A DNA stretch of 64,000 nt from Hyalangium minutum (GCF_000737315.1 NZ_JMCB01000010.1:1-64000), one strand, 5' to 3'; shown: positions 9,440-19,503, counted from the stretch's first letter. Made by a program: numbers and translations. Notes: generated from the letters alone by a model not told the origin.

Positions 9440-9560
9440 GTGGAGCGGGACTTCGCCAAGTACCTGGAATGCGGAGTGCTGGCGCACGGCTTCGCGCGAG
9501 TGCGCTGCGAGAGTTGCAAGGACGAGCTGCTCGTCGCCTTCTCGTGCAAGGACCGAGGGT
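9440..9560 (+). mobile_element. IS91/IS801-family (rolling-circle) transposase Zn-binding domain fragment
   Basis: ERDFAKYLECGVLAHGFARVRCESCKDELLVAFSCKDRGF matches the YLxCG..GF..vrC..C.....VAFSCK.RG motif; it is truncated before CPSC. Confidence 0.85.
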
Positions 9561-9810
9561 TTGCTGTCACGCTGGGAGCGCAAGAATGCTGGACGCTCTG
9601 CCGGAGGCAATCAGAGCCTTCCTCAGGGGCACCCTGAGGAACTGGCTGGACCTGGGCACTCGGCTGAAAATCGACTTGACGTAGGGGGCGCTGCGAAGCG
9701 CTTCACGCACATCGAGTGAAGCATCTCACAGCGCCCGCGCTGTACTTTCACCAGACTGCTTTCCCCAGGGAGCCATTGAGGTTCTCTATGAGCTTTACCT
9801 GGGAGCACAC

Positions 9811-10545
9811 ATGTCAGATTTCTATAGAAAAGAAAGCGAGACGGTCTTCAATGAACGTTTCAAGACGTTGAATTCTCGGCAGGGCTCGGTAGGGCTGAAC
9901 GGTCATCTCATCTTCCAGGCCAAGAATTATACCGGGGAGAAAGTATTCACCGTAACCACCGCGAAAGGTGTCACGGGCAGCATTAGATTGAAATGCACGG
10001 TTGTCGACGGCCCCATGCTGCGAATTGTGCGGTGCGACAATTCGAATACGCTTGTATTCGAAGGAGACGAAGTGGATGTAGCGGCAATCCTCAACCCTAA
10101 GAGCAAATTGAGAGGGACTCTCAAGTATGAGGCCATCGCGAAAATCTGCAAAGATCACGCGACAAGCTCGGCCCATTCCCCACTGATTTCAGGGTGCAAG
10201 ACAAACAACTTCAGCCAAAACACAAGATACCCGGGGCGCAAGTTGCACCTCGTCTTGAAAGTAAGGACGCCTTTCTCAAACCCTCACGTCTCGGGAAATG
10301 AAAGAGAGTATTTTCTGATAGGGCAAGTGCACGATACGGACTGCAAACAGATTGAGTACTTGGGCAGGACGATGAAGGTCAAGAATACGATTAAGGGAAA
10401 AACTGTAGAGAGGATCGTCGACGAGAAGAAAAACATACCGGTGGAACCTGTAAGACATTTCCTCCCTCAGCCGAGCGATGTGCGGGAGGGTTCACCGTTT
10501 AGACCACTTTTCGGGCGTCGCGATTTGCATCTGGACCGACGGTGA
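9811..10545 (+). CDS. AT-rich hypothetical protein (ORFan), 244 aa
   Basis: Uninterrupted 735-nt ORF at roughly 40-53% GC in four 60-nt samples counted by hand, versus ~70% host; GGGAG RBS-like sequence upstream. No recognisable motif. Confidence 0.6.
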   Translation: MSDFYRKESETVFNERFKTLNSRQGSVGLNGHLIFQAKNYTGEKVFTVTTAKGVTGSIRLKCTVVDGPMLRIVRCDNSNTLVFEGDEVDVAAILNPKSKLRGTLKYEAIAKICKDHATSSAHSPLISGCKTNNFSQNTRYPGRKLHLVLKVRTPFSNPHVSGNEREYFLIGQVHDTDCKQIEYLGRTMKVKNTIKGKTVERIVDEKKNIPVEPVRHFLPQPSDVREGSPFRPLFGRRDLHLDRR

Positions 10546-10887
10546 GATGTCTTGAGAGGGTTGTGGTTGGGTCAGCAGGCAAGGCTCGCCCCCCTCCTGG
10601 AGACGATCCGCAGGAAACGCGGCGTAGCGATCGCGGCGACAGAGATCGTCTGGTGCCGAAATGTAGGAGCCCGCAGCCCCTGTGGCGCGGGCGGCGGGCT
10701 TCTCGGACGATCTTCACACCGCGCCAGTTTTCGTCCCACCCCGCTTCTCACACCGCCGCGGTGGCATGCCCGCGCTTCCTCGCGTTTCGCGATCGGAATC
10801 CCGCGTTTCTGGAGGTTCGTTCCCACCTTGCGGTTCCGGCCCCCTGCTCAGTAGCTTCAGGCTCCAAGTCAACGGAGGTTCACCGAG

Positions 10888-11472
10888 ATGCCAAGACTTG
10901 GACTGAAGTGGATGCCTGTAGGACTGCTCCTGGGAAGTGCGGCGGCCAGCGTTGGCTGCGGCGGCCCCCCGCCAGACGCTGTCGCCACGGAGGTGAGTGA
11001 GCCGGGTGAGGCCCCCCTTGAGCGAAGCGCGTTCAGCACGTGCACCTACTCGATTTGGGGCTGGGGCCTGAAGGTTCTGAGAGATCAGCGAACCAATATC
11101 ATCAACTACGAGGGAGATCTGGAGCTCCAGGTGCGCTACCACGCCAACGGAGTCTCGTTGCCCAGATACCCGGAACCCTCGGAGGGCGTCTCCTATTACA
11201 AGGTTGCGTACCCAGAGCATTACAACCGCCCTGGCCACATCACCGACGTCGTCTCTTCTGTCGAGGCCCCCGTCACCATCACTCTCACTGCCGAAGTTTG
11301 GGAGATTGAGAACGGGCTTCAAGGAGGGACGGATTACGGCACTGCATCGATCCCCTTGACGTTGAACTGCATCGACACGGCCATTGAGGGAAATGTGAAC
11401 GTCAGCGTTCCCGGGGATAACAGCAAGGAAAAGACGGCGCTTGTCCAGGTCTGGATCGACGCGGTCAAATGA
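10888..11472 (+). CDS. Putative lipoprotein, beta-rich hypothetical
   Basis: Signal peptide ending AAASVGC (lipobox-like); GGAGG RBS; 194 aa. Confidence 0.65.
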   Translation: MPRLGLKWMPVGLLLGSAAASVGCGGPPPDAVATEVSEPGEAPLERSAFSTCTYSIWGWGLKVLRDQRTNIINYEGDLELQVRYHANGVSLPRYPEPSEGVSYYKVAYPEHYNRPGHITDVVSSVEAPVTITLTAEVWEIENGLQGGTDYGTASIPLTLNCIDTAIEGNVNVSVPGDNSKEKTALVQVWIDAVK

Positions 11473-11579
11473 TTGATCTTTGACGGTCGCCAGGTCAAGG
11501 CCTGAGGCAAGCCCACTGAAGTCTGCGGCGAGAGGAGTGCGAGCGATACTGGACGTCCTATGCGCACCTATCAGGCGGC

Positions 11580-11786
11580 TCAGTAATAGCAGGCGCACTC
11601 CCCGGAGTGGCAGAAGCCGTAGTTGAACCCTGCGTCCACGCACTGTTCTGTGCAGATCTTGTCGCACTCCCACATGGGCGGCCCCTGGTGTGACGTGGCA
11701 AGGGCCTGCGTGGCACCCAATGAAACGGCGAACCCCACGGATGCGGCGAGCAATGCCTGAGCGCTCTTCTTCCAGATGCGAATCAA
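11580..11786 (-). CDS. Secreted six-cysteine CSalpha/beta defensin-like peptide
   Basis: TTG start with GAGAGG RBS; signal peptide ending ALA; mature C-x3-C-x3-C-x9-C-x4-C-x-C with GFC (GxC). Confidence 0.7.
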   Translation of the reverse strand: MIRIWKKSAQALLAASVGFAVSLGATQALATSHQGPPMWECDKICTEQCVDAGFNYGFCHSGECACYY

Positions 11787-11900
11787 GGTGACCTCTCAAG
11801 ACTGGGTGGTATGAGGTAGGAAATCTCCGACGAGGAGGAGCCAGTTCCGGAGGAGGCGAGAGCGGGGAGTGAGGCAGCGGCCAGTAAGGAGCGGATCTGA

Positions 11901-12448
11901 GCTAGGAGCCCTTCACCGGCCATTTCTTCTTCATGTGAGCGAGGCCGCCGGAGACGATCTTCTCGAGGACGGCCATGTCCACGTCGGCGAGCTTGTTGAT
12001 GTAGAGGCAGCCGCCGTCGCCCATCTTGTGCTTGCCGAGCTTGGCGAAGAGCGCCTGGGTCTCGGCGCCCTCGCCGCCGCCCCAATAGACGGAGAGGCTG
12101 GCCTTGCGTGGGGAGAAGCCGACGACGCACGCGTCGCCCTCGCGGCCGGTGTCGTAGGTGTAGTGATACGTGCCGTAGCCGACGATGGTCGGGCCCCACA
12201 TCTTCGGCTTCCAGCCGGTGACCTTGGCGAAGAGTGCGAGTTTGCGGCGAGTTTTGTGGAATCGAGCTGCATCAGCAACACCGGATCCAGCCAGATGTCC
12301 TTTTCAGATCGTCGACGAGCGCGGACTGTTCCATCTGCAGGATGCGGTACTCGCCGGCCCGCGTCTCCACGGGGAGCCGGAGCGTGCCATTGGCCTGTGC
12401 GCCGACACCCAGCGTCTGAAGCATGAGCGGGCAGGCCTCGGCCTCGCC
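11901..12448 (-). pseudogene. 5'-deleted DUF1801 gene and flank, duplicate of 19640-20329
   Basis: 11901-12233 is near-identical to 19640-19972. The first ~37 codons and the start are deleted; homology resumes at 12241 (=20100) and at 12335 (=20216). Confidence 0.92.
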
Positions 12449-12567
12449 CAGGTGCGGCGGGCGCTCCCTAGAACCGGCCGCCGAGCCCCAGCGCGCCGCC
12501 CCACCAGACCCCCAGAGGTGCCGCCAGGGACACCCTCGCAAGGAAGCCGTACCCTGCGTGCATCGGC

Positions 12568-13221
12568 TTATTCCGGGACGGCCCCCAGTACCGGCGTCAA
12601 ATCCGGATCGGCCTTCTGCATCGCCCGACGATAAGCCGGCCGCGCGCCGATGCGTTGCAGATAGGCCAGGATGTTCGGCCAGGGTGAGAGATCATACGGC
12701 TTGAACAGCCGCATCGTCGTCAGCGAGAACACCGTCATGATATCCGCCGCCGTCAACGCTTCACCGGCCAGATAGGGCGCCTCCCCCAGCCGCTTCTCCA
12801 ACGTCGAGAAGACCCGGTTGAACCGGTCCTTGGCCGCCTGCAGCGGCGCGTTCTTGTCCGAAGGATCGACGCGCTCCAGGCTCCTCACCGTCAAGACGGC
12901 CGGTTGCAGCGTCCCGTTCGCGAAGTGGAACCAGTAAAGATAGTCGGTGAAACCGGGCTCGCCGCGCTTCACCGCGAGCCGGCCCGGGCCATAGGTCTGG
13001 ATCAGATACTCGCAGATCGCCCCGGATTCTCCGAGGACGAGGTCGCCGTCGGTGATGATCGGCGCCGTGCCCATCGGGTGAAGCGCCTTGTATTCCGGCG
13101 GGGCCAGCCGGTTGTCGGCCCGGCGCGGATAGCGCTTCAGCTCATAGTCGAGCCCGAGTTCCTCACAGAGCCAGACGATCCGCTCCGATTGCGAACGCCC
13201 GAGATGATGCAGCGTCAGCAT
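12568..13221 (-). CDS. Glutathione S-transferase family protein
   Basis: MLTLHHLGRSQSERIVWLCEELGL...HPMGTAP...LGESGAICEYL...YLAGEALTAADI. Confidence 0.92.
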   Translation of the reverse strand: MLTLHHLGRSQSERIVWLCEELGLDYELKRYPRRADNRLAPPEYKALHPMGTAPIITDGDLVLGESGAICEYLIQTYGPGRLAVKRGEPGFTDYLYWFHFANGTLQPAVLTVRSLERVDPSDKNAPLQAAKDRFNRVFSTLEKRLGEAPYLAGEALTAADIMTVFSLTTMRLFKPYDLSPWPNILAYLQRIGARPAYRRAMQKADPDLTPVLGAVPE

Positions 13222-13310
13222 CTGCTCCCCCTTGCCCGAAGCATTGTCCTGGTCATGGGCGAACCGTAAGCTGCGCGAGTCCGCTCGAAAAGGCGTGCCC
13301 GCATACCGGT

Positions 13311-14129
13311 ATGGCGACTACCACCCTCCCCGAATTTCTCCGCGCTCGCCGCGAGCGGCTTCAGCCCGAATCGACCGAGCGGCGTCGCACTCCCGGACTT
13401 CGTCGCGAGGAAGTCGCGGCGCGCGCCGGAGTGAGCGTCACCTGGTACACGTGGCTCGAACAAGGCCGCGGCGGCGTGCCGTCCGACGACGTGCTCGAAC
13501 GCCTCGCTCGCGCACTCGAGCTCGACGCCACGAATCGCGAGATGCTGTTCCTGCTCGCTCACGATCGTCCGCCACCGCGTCGCCCTACGCCACCCGCCGA
13601 GGTCACGCCAGCGCTGCAGCGCGTGCTCGACAACCTGCACGTGCCCGCGTTCGTGAAGACGCCAACGTTTCAGATCGTCGCGTGGAATCGCGCCGCCGTG
13701 GCGGTGATCGGCGATTACGCCGCGATTCCCGAGCGCGACCGCAACATGCTGCGCCGGGTCTTTCATCCCGAAGCCGCCACGTTCCTGCCGCATGGCGATG
13801 ACATGCGCCGCACGTGCCTCGCCGCGTTTCGCGTCGACATCGCGCGTGCAGGTGCCTCCGAAGAAGCTGCTGCGCTCGTCGACGAGTTGATGGAGACGAG
13901 CGCGGACTTTCGACGGCTGTGGGCCGAGAATGAGCTGCACACGCACGGTGTGCGGTACAGGCGGCTCGTCCGGCCGAATGTCGGCGAGCTCGTGTTCGAG
14001 ACGTCGGTGTTGTCGGTCGACGGCAGCGACGGCCTCAGCATGTTCGTCTTATCACCGGCGGACGATGCTTCCGCGCGTGGAGTCGACCAGCTGCTCCGCG
14101 AGCTTGTCGGGTCGCCCTCGACAAGGTGA
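13311..14129 (+). CDS. XRE/HTH_31 + MmyB-like ligand-binding transcriptional regulator
   Basis: FLRARRERL...RRRTPGLRREEVAARAGVSVTWYTWLEQGR, followed by PA.V......IVAWN..A; divergent from GST. Confidence 0.9.
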   Translation: MATTTLPEFLRARRERLQPESTERRRTPGLRREEVAARAGVSVTWYTWLEQGRGGVPSDDVLERLARALELDATNREMLFLLAHDRPPPRRPTPPAEVTPALQRVLDNLHVPAFVKTPTFQIVAWNRAAVAVIGDYAAIPERDRNMLRRVFHPEAATFLPHGDDMRRTCLAAFRVDIARAGASEEAAALVDELMETSADFRRLWAENELHTHGVRYRRLVRPNVGELVFETSVLSVDGSDGLSMFVLSPADDASARGVDQLLRELVGSPSTR

Positions 14130-14230
14130 CCCCACTCCCCTCACGGGAGGATCACCGTCAAGCGCGTCTGCCGCCTCTTCTTGGGAGGGCGGCTTGAGCA
14201 GGCGTGTTCCCTACAGGGCCCCCCTCCACG

Positions 14231-14701
14231 TCAGAGGCCGAGTTCGCGCAGCCCCGGGTGATCCGCCGGGCGCGGGCCCAGGGGCCAGAGAAACTTGCGC
14301 TCCGAGGCGGAGAGGGGCACGTCGTTGATGCTCGCCTCGCGCCGGCGCATGAGGCCGTGGTCGTCGAACTCCCATTGCTCGTTCCCATGGGAGCGAAACC
14401 AGTGGCCCGCGGCGTCATGCCATTCGTATTGGAAGCGCACCGAGATGCGGTTCTCGTGAAACGCCCAGAGTTCCTTGATGAGCCGGTAGTCGAGTTCCTT
14501 CTCCCACTTGCGGGTCAGCAGACCGATGATCTCGGAACGTCCCTGGACGAACTCGGAGCGGTTGCGCCAACGGCTGTCCTGCGTATAGGCCAGCGCCACC
14601 CGCTGCGGATCGCGTGAGTTCCACCCGTCCTCGGCCTTGCGGACCTTCTCGACGGCGGTTTCGTAGGTGAAAGGAGGCAGGGGAGGTCGGAGTTCAGACA
14701 T
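14231..14701 (-). CDS. DUF1348 / NTF2-like (SnoaL-fold) protein
   Basis: [43 protein letters not shown]...[23 protein letters not shown]. Confidence 0.9.
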   Translation of the reverse strand: MSELRPPLPPFTYETAVEKVRKAEDGWNSRDPQRVALAYTQDSRWRNRSEFVQGRSEIIGLLTRKWEKELDYRLIKELWAFHENRISVRFQYEWHDAAGHWFRSHGNEQWEFDDHGLMRRREASINDVPLSASERKFLWPLGPRPADHPGLRELGL

Positions 14702-14781
14702 GAGGCATCTCCTGGGAGGCAGAGAGGAGCCCGTAGGTAATGCCCCCCGCTGCTCTCGCGCAACCTCCAGTCCCCCTCTAC

Positions 14782-14891
14782 TCCGCCAAGAACCGACTTG
14801 GTCCCGGAATGCAAGCCCCGCCCCCTTGCTCAGAGGGGAGCGCTTGAGCGCGACGGGTTGTTCTGCATGGAGGCGGCGGGAATCGAAGCCG
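14782..14891 (-). mobile_element. att-like relic: element-end hairpin plus degenerate tmRNA (ssrA) 3'-end fragment
   Basis: TGGAGGCGGCGGGAATCGAAGCCG at 14868-14891 is the reverse complement of a T-arm plus acceptor 3' strand. It is preceded by the element-end motif shared with 503 and 8721. Confidence 0.65.
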
Positions 14892-15006
14892 TGTAGGGGG
14901 GAAACCGCCGCACGGGCTTGAGCAGCCGTGTTCCCTCCAGGGCTACGGGGTGGGCACACCGACGTGGCTCTCGGCACTCCCGCACTGCCCTTATCCTTCT
15001 GATGCG

Positions 15007-15378
15007 CTACTTGATCGGGAACATCGTATTTCCAGAGGTCGTCTTGTCGGCGGACACTTCCTCCTGAATCACGTCCCAATGCTCCACGAAGCGCCCGTTC
15101 ACGACCTTGAAGATGTCGACGGCGATCATGGTCTTGTCGCCCCAACCGACGTAGCGGCCATGAATCATCACAAAATCACCGTCTTCGATGACCAGGCCCG
15201 GTTCGTAGCGAAAGTCAGGCTTCAGGCTCGGGATTATCTTGCGGAAGAAGTCCGTCCCGTTCGGCATTCGCGGGTTGTGCTGGATGTATCCGGGGGCCCA
15301 ATACCTGTCGAGTGCGGTCAGGTCCCTGTGGATGAACAGCGCGGTCATTGCAGACATGACGAGTTCTTTGTTGCTCAT
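15007..15378 (-). CDS. SnoaL-like / NTF2 family protein
   Basis: NKELV......F..RD...[13 protein letters not shown]...G...[10 protein letters not shown]...VDIFKV.NG.FVEHWDV.Q. Confidence 0.88.
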   Translation of the reverse strand: MSNKELVMSAMTALFIHRDLTALDRYWAPGYIQHNPRMPNGTDFFRKIIPSLKPDFRYEPGLVIEDGDFVMIHGRYVGWGDKTMIAVDIFKVVNGRFVEHWDVIQEEVSADKTTSGNTMFPIK

Positions 15379-15434
15379 TTTTGCCTTTCGAAAACTCTGT
15401 TGTGAGGCTGTCGCCGTGGACAGGGGCGCTCGGC

Positions 15435-16265
15435 TCAGGAGTGCTCGCCGAGAATGCCGAGGTACTCGCCGAGCCGAAGCTCTACCTTGAGTCCATCCTT
15501 GGCAAAGTGCTGACCCAGGCGCGCGAAGCTGGCCTGAAATCCGGGTGAGGCCAATGAACTCGAGTACTCCGCGTAGGCAGCAGCGAGGTCCGCGTCCGGG
15601 GGCAATGATGCGCGGTTGATTTGACCTTTAGCGGCGGCCACGACCACTTTGTCGAACGAAGCGATCCGGGCCGCGAGCTTATCCACGAACGCGTCTAGCT
15701 CGGCGTCCGGTAAACTTCGCGTGACCCAACCATAGCGCTCGGCCAGCTCGGCATCGTAGTCTTGGCTCGTAAGGATCGCCTCGAGACTGCGATCACGCCC
15801 GATCAGGCGAGGCAGACGCTCGCTACCCCCGCCACCCGGCAGGATGCCGGTACCGACTTCCGGCTGCCCGAACATGGCCTGCTCGCGGCTCGCATAACGC
15901 AGGTCGCACGCCAAAGCGAGTTCGTTGCCCCCTCCGCGCGTTCGCCCACGAATCTTTGCGATGCTAACGAAGGGCGCCTTCGAGAGGCGGATCACCAGAT
16001 CGACCCACGTCGGGACCACATTCGGCCCTTGAGTGAGCGGAAACTTGGCAGCTTGTCGCAGATCGAAGTGATTAAAAAAGAAGCCTTCGGTGCCGCTCGT
16101 GAAAATGACGACCCTGAGTCGTTCGTCCGTCGACAGCTCCATCACGATCTCGTGAAGGCGTGCCACCGTCTCCGGCACGATCACGTTCGCTGGTGCATTG
16201 GAGAAAGTGACGGTGGCGATCTTCGGGTTCGACTTGTCCACATTGACAGTACTCTGCTCGCTCAT
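15435..16265 (-). CDS. Enoyl-CoA hydratase/isomerase family protein
   Basis: SIAKIRGRTRGGGNELALACDLRYA...FGQPEVGTGILPGGGG. Confidence 0.9.
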   Translation of the reverse strand: MSEQSTVNVDKSNPKIATVTFSNAPANVIVPETVARLHEIVMELSTDERLRVVIFTSGTEGFFFNHFDLRQAAKFPLTQGPNVVPTWVDLVIRLSKAPFVSIAKIRGRTRGGGNELALACDLRYASREQAMFGQPEVGTGILPGGGGSERLPRLIGRDRSLEAILTSQDYDAELAERYGWVTRSLPDAELDAFVDKLAARIASFDKVVVAAAKGQINRASLPPDADLAAAYAEYSSSLASPGFQASFARLGQHFAKDGLKVELRLGEYLGILGEHS

Positions 16266-16286
16266 GTTCGCTCCTCTGTGGCTGGA

Positions 16287-17159
16287 TTATCGACCGAGGA
16301 ACCGATTCACTTCGGCCGCGAACTCCTCCGGGTACTGGAACAAGAAGGCGTGTCCTGCGTCCGGGTAGATGCGCAGCTGCGCGTTCGGAATGTGCTTGGC
16401 CAGCAAAGAGGTGTTCGCCGTCGGCACCATGATGTCGTTGTCTCCATTGGCGACCAACGTCGGCTGTTTGATTGCGGCGAGGCGTGAGAGCTTCGACGCG
16501 TCCGGGACTCCCCAAGTCGAGATCGCGGTCAGATGCGCGTTGACCGTGTCTCGGGTGACCGGGAGATCTCTGTCGACCTGACGCAGGCGGAGGCGTTGGA
16601 TGAACTCCCGACCCTTGGAGCGACTCGACTCGGACTTCTCGAAGAAGAGGGTGAGTATCGCGTCGGCGTCGATCTTCTCTCGCAGCGCAACCTCGAGCAC
16701 CTCGGGCACATACATGTGCATGCCCTCGCCCCCCTGAGGCCCCGTCCCCGCGAGCACCAGGCGGCGCACCTGATGCGGTCTCATCAAGGCGAACTCCTGC
16801 GCCACGAAGCCACCGAGCGAGAAGCCCAGAAGGTCGACGCGCGGCAGCTTGAGCGCATCGACGAAGGCGATGGCTCCATGGGCCATCTCCGTGACTGTGT
16901 CAGGCGTCTTGCCGCTCGAGCCGCCGACACCGACGTTGTCGACCAGAATCACCTCGCGCTGCTCGGCGAGCGCGTCCACGAGCGCGGGATCCCAGTTGTC
17001 GAGGTTGGCTCGATAGTGAACGAAGCACACCAGCGGGGCCGCCGAGCCGTCGGTCTTTCCGAACCGTCGATAGGCGTACTTCACCCCGTTCGCTGCTTCG
17101 ACTGTCAGATTCGCAGCGTTCGCTTGCCCGACCTTCGTCATGATTCGTTCCTCATCCAT
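16287..17159 (-). CDS. Alpha/beta hydrolase
   Basis: GFSLGG nucleophile elbow, PTLVANGDNDIM (Asp) and DAGH (His). The start could be 17141-17189. Confidence 0.88.
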   Translation of the reverse strand: MDEERIMTKVGQANAANLTVEAANGVKYAYRRFGKTDGSAAPLVCFVHYRANLDNWDPALVDALAEQREVILVDNVGVGGSSGKTPDTVTEMAHGAIAFVDALKLPRVDLLGFSLGGFVAQEFALMRPHQVRRLVLAGTGPQGGEGMHMYVPEVLEVALREKIDADAILTLFFEKSESSRSKGREFIQRLRLRQVDRDLPVTRDTVNAHLTAISTWGVPDASKLSRLAAIKQPTLVANGDNDIMVPTANTSLLAKHIPNAQLRIYPDAGHAFLFQYPEEFAAEVNRFLGR

Positions 17160-17250
17160 GTCTCGTTGAACTTCGTTCTGCTGCAACATCGCAACCGCAG
17201 GCCGGATTTGCCATTGGCGGCATCGACAAGATTCGGTCTATTCTTGCCAG

Positions 17251-18237
17251 ATGTTCGTACACCTGATCCTCGAAGGCTTCGCCGACAGCTCGCTGGGTGT
17301 GGCGCTCGACGTCGTCGGTACCGCGGCACACCTCAGCAACTCCGGGCGCGCTCCGATGCCTCGCGGCGGGAAAGCGCTGCTCCAGCGAGTGGTGTCACTC
17401 GACGGCGAGCCGGTGCGTTCGGCGGCTGGGCGATTGGTCGCGGTGGACGGCGCATTCAGCGTTCCCGCCCTCCGCGAGGGAGATGTCGTCCTCGTGCCGG
17501 GCATCTTCTCGGCAAGCGCGCGAACCATCGAGCAGTTCCTGGCTCGGGAGGACATCCGCCGCGCCGCCGAGCTGCTCGCGAAGGTCGTCGGCAAGGGTGT
17601 GATGGTCGCGGCGTCGTGCTCCGCCACGTTCGTACTCGCCGCGTCGGGCGTCCTCGACGGGCGATCCGCGACGACGTCGTGGTGGCTCGCGCCCGAGTTC
17701 GCGCGGCGGTTCCCGAAGGTCTCGCTCTCCAGCGATCACATGGTCGTCGACGAAGGGAAAATCATCACGGCGGGCGCGGCGCTGGCCCACATCGACCTCG
17801 TGCTCGCGGTCGTCGCGCGGATGGTGGGTCCTTCGTTGCCGCATCTCGTGGCGCGCTATCTCGTGCTCGACGAGCGGCCGTCCCAGGCTCGCTACGTCGT
17901 GCTCGAGCATCTTCGAGCGAATGACCCAGCGCTCCTCGAGGTCGAGCGGTTCATCATCGAGAACGTCGACCGTCAGCTCTCGCTCGAGGAGCTTGCACGC
18001 GTGGCTCGGGTATCACCGCGGACGCTCGCTCGCCGCGTCCACACGAGCCTGAGCATGACACCGCAGGAGTTCGTGCAGCGCCTGCGCGTGCGCCGAGCGA
18101 TCCATCTCCTCGAAACGACCCGCTACTCGGTCGACGACATCGCCGCGCGGGTGGGCTACGCCGACGCAGCGGCCTTTCGCCGCGTCTTCCGCCGCTACGC
18201 GGGGGAGTCCCCTCGGCGACTCCGCGGGCAAGGCTAA
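17251..18237 (+). CDS. GlxA-family AraC regulator (DJ-1/PfpI + AraC HTH)
   Basis: AASCSATFVLAASGVLDGRSATTSWW; C-terminal LSLEELAR...SPRTLARR...VGYADAAAFRRVFRR. Confidence 0.92.
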   Translation: MFVHLILEGFADSSLGVALDVVGTAAHLSNSGRAPMPRGGKALLQRVVSLDGEPVRSAAGRLVAVDGAFSVPALREGDVVLVPGIFSASARTIEQFLAREDIRRAAELLAKVVGKGVMVAASCSATFVLAASGVLDGRSATTSWWLAPEFARRFPKVSLSSDHMVVDEGKIITAGAALAHIDLVLAVVARMVGPSLPHLVARYLVLDERPSQARYVVLEHLRANDPALLEVERFIIENVDRQLSLEELARVARVSPRTLARRVHTSLSMTPQEFVQRLRVRRAIHLLETTRYSVDDIAARVGYADAAAFRRVFRRYAGESPRRLRGQG

Positions 18238-18284
18238 GTGCCTCTCTCGGTAGGAAGTGGGAGGTGCTCGTCGGACGGATACGA

Positions 18285-18412
18285 GCGTGCCGCCCGGCTC
18301 CTTATGATTCACCTGCACCCCCGCCGCCTCCTGGTAGCCCAGCAGCAGCGACAGGCAGGTGACGCCGAACCGTACGGACACCGGCTCGCTGAACGCCCCC
18401 GCCACCACCGGA
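18285..18412 (-). pseudogene. Internal fragment of a family X gene
   Basis: VVAGAFSEPVSVRFGVTCLSLLLGYQEAAGVQVNHKEPGGT versus VVAENFSEPVARRFGVTCLSLLVTYTEAAGLELNHEEPGPT at 6.7 kb. Confidence 0.85.
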
Positions 18413-18540
18413 TGGGGGTGTCCGCGCGTGAGACGGGTGCATGAGCACCGTCCCCCCTCCGGGTGTGCTGACCGGGCCGCAAGGTGATACACTCCCGGGT
18501 GTGGTCCAGAAGCTTCGTCGTCGAGGAAGGACCTGTGGGG

Positions 18541-19173
18541 ATGATCGGTATCCCTCGAATCGCCAAGCTCTCGCTGGAGCAGCGCGCTCCGCGAGCCCTC
18601 GTGATGCAGCTGATTCTGTCAGCCCTCCTGCTGGCCGCAGCGCCCTATGCCGCATCCATGGAGCCATTCCAACGCATCTTCATCGACGGCTCTTACGACG
18701 CGCCTCACTCTCAGGATCCGTTGTTCCTAGCGAAGGCCGGGCTCGTCGCTGGCGGTCTGCTGATCCCGGTTGTCTCTGTCCTGTTGACCGTCACCTCATG
18801 GAGGCGGTGGACGACGCACCCGGGTCCTGCGCTGCTTCAGTCGGCGCTGCTGCTCCTCACATTCGTCGTGGGGTGGCGGAACTATCCCTATTGGGCGACT
18901 GGCGTGTACCGGGCCTACATCAGCCATCGGGGGAGTCCGCATCTCGATCCCGCCGGGCTGATTCCAGCCACCTGGATCGACCCGCTATGGGGTTGCGTGG
19001 TGCTGCTCCTGTACCCCATCACCGCAGTCGCGGTGCTGCTCCTCGGCGCCTGTCTCTTCCACGAGCGGAAGCGGATGAACGATGAGTTCTTTTACGGAGC
19101 GCTGACAGCTCTCCTCGGGGCAATGGGCGCGTTCGCCTCCACGCCGGATTACATGGTCTGGTTCCTGGACTGA
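18541..19173 (+). CDS. Hypothetical multi-pass membrane protein
   Basis: About five hydrophobic segments; GGAAGG RBS before the GTG/ATG; full-length version of 8941-9324. Confidence 0.7.
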   Translation: MIGIPRIAKLSLEQRAPRALVMQLILSALLLAAAPYAASMEPFQRIFIDGSYDAPHSQDPLFLAKAGLVAGGLLIPVVSVLLTVTSWRRWTTHPGPALLQSALLLLTFVVGWRNYPYWATGVYRAYISHRGSPHLDPAGLIPATWIDPLWGCVVLLLYPITAVAVLLLGACLFHERKRMNDEFFYGALTALLGAMGAFASTPDYMVWFLD

Positions 19174-19503
19174 GCGAGCAGCTCAGCCGGCCTCCGTAGC
19201 GCCGCTCAATCCTCTCGGCGGTGGGGATCCCGGCGAGCCTCGAGTTCCCGGATCCGCTCGCGCGCCTCGTCCCCCTCGGGGATCGGCCGGCCGATGTCGC
19301 TCCATTGCACTGCCGCCTTGAAGCCCTCCGCCTGCGCATAGCGGCGGAACCACATCCCCTCCAGGTTGTGCCGGGTGAGGCCATCGAACAGGGTCGCCAG
19401 AGACGTATGCGGCGTTCAGACGGCTGGGCCGTGCTGATGAACTTCGGCTCCGGGCACTACCAGTCGGCCGCGTCCGCACCTCATTTCCGGTAACCCTCGG
19501 GCA

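Noticed and set aside
19190-19447. Short coding-like scrap on the - strand (ATLFDGLTRHNLEGMWFRRYAQAEGFKAAVQW...)
   Set aside because: Looks like a gene remnant by codon bias, but no family could be assigned; counted only as part of the duplicated flank.
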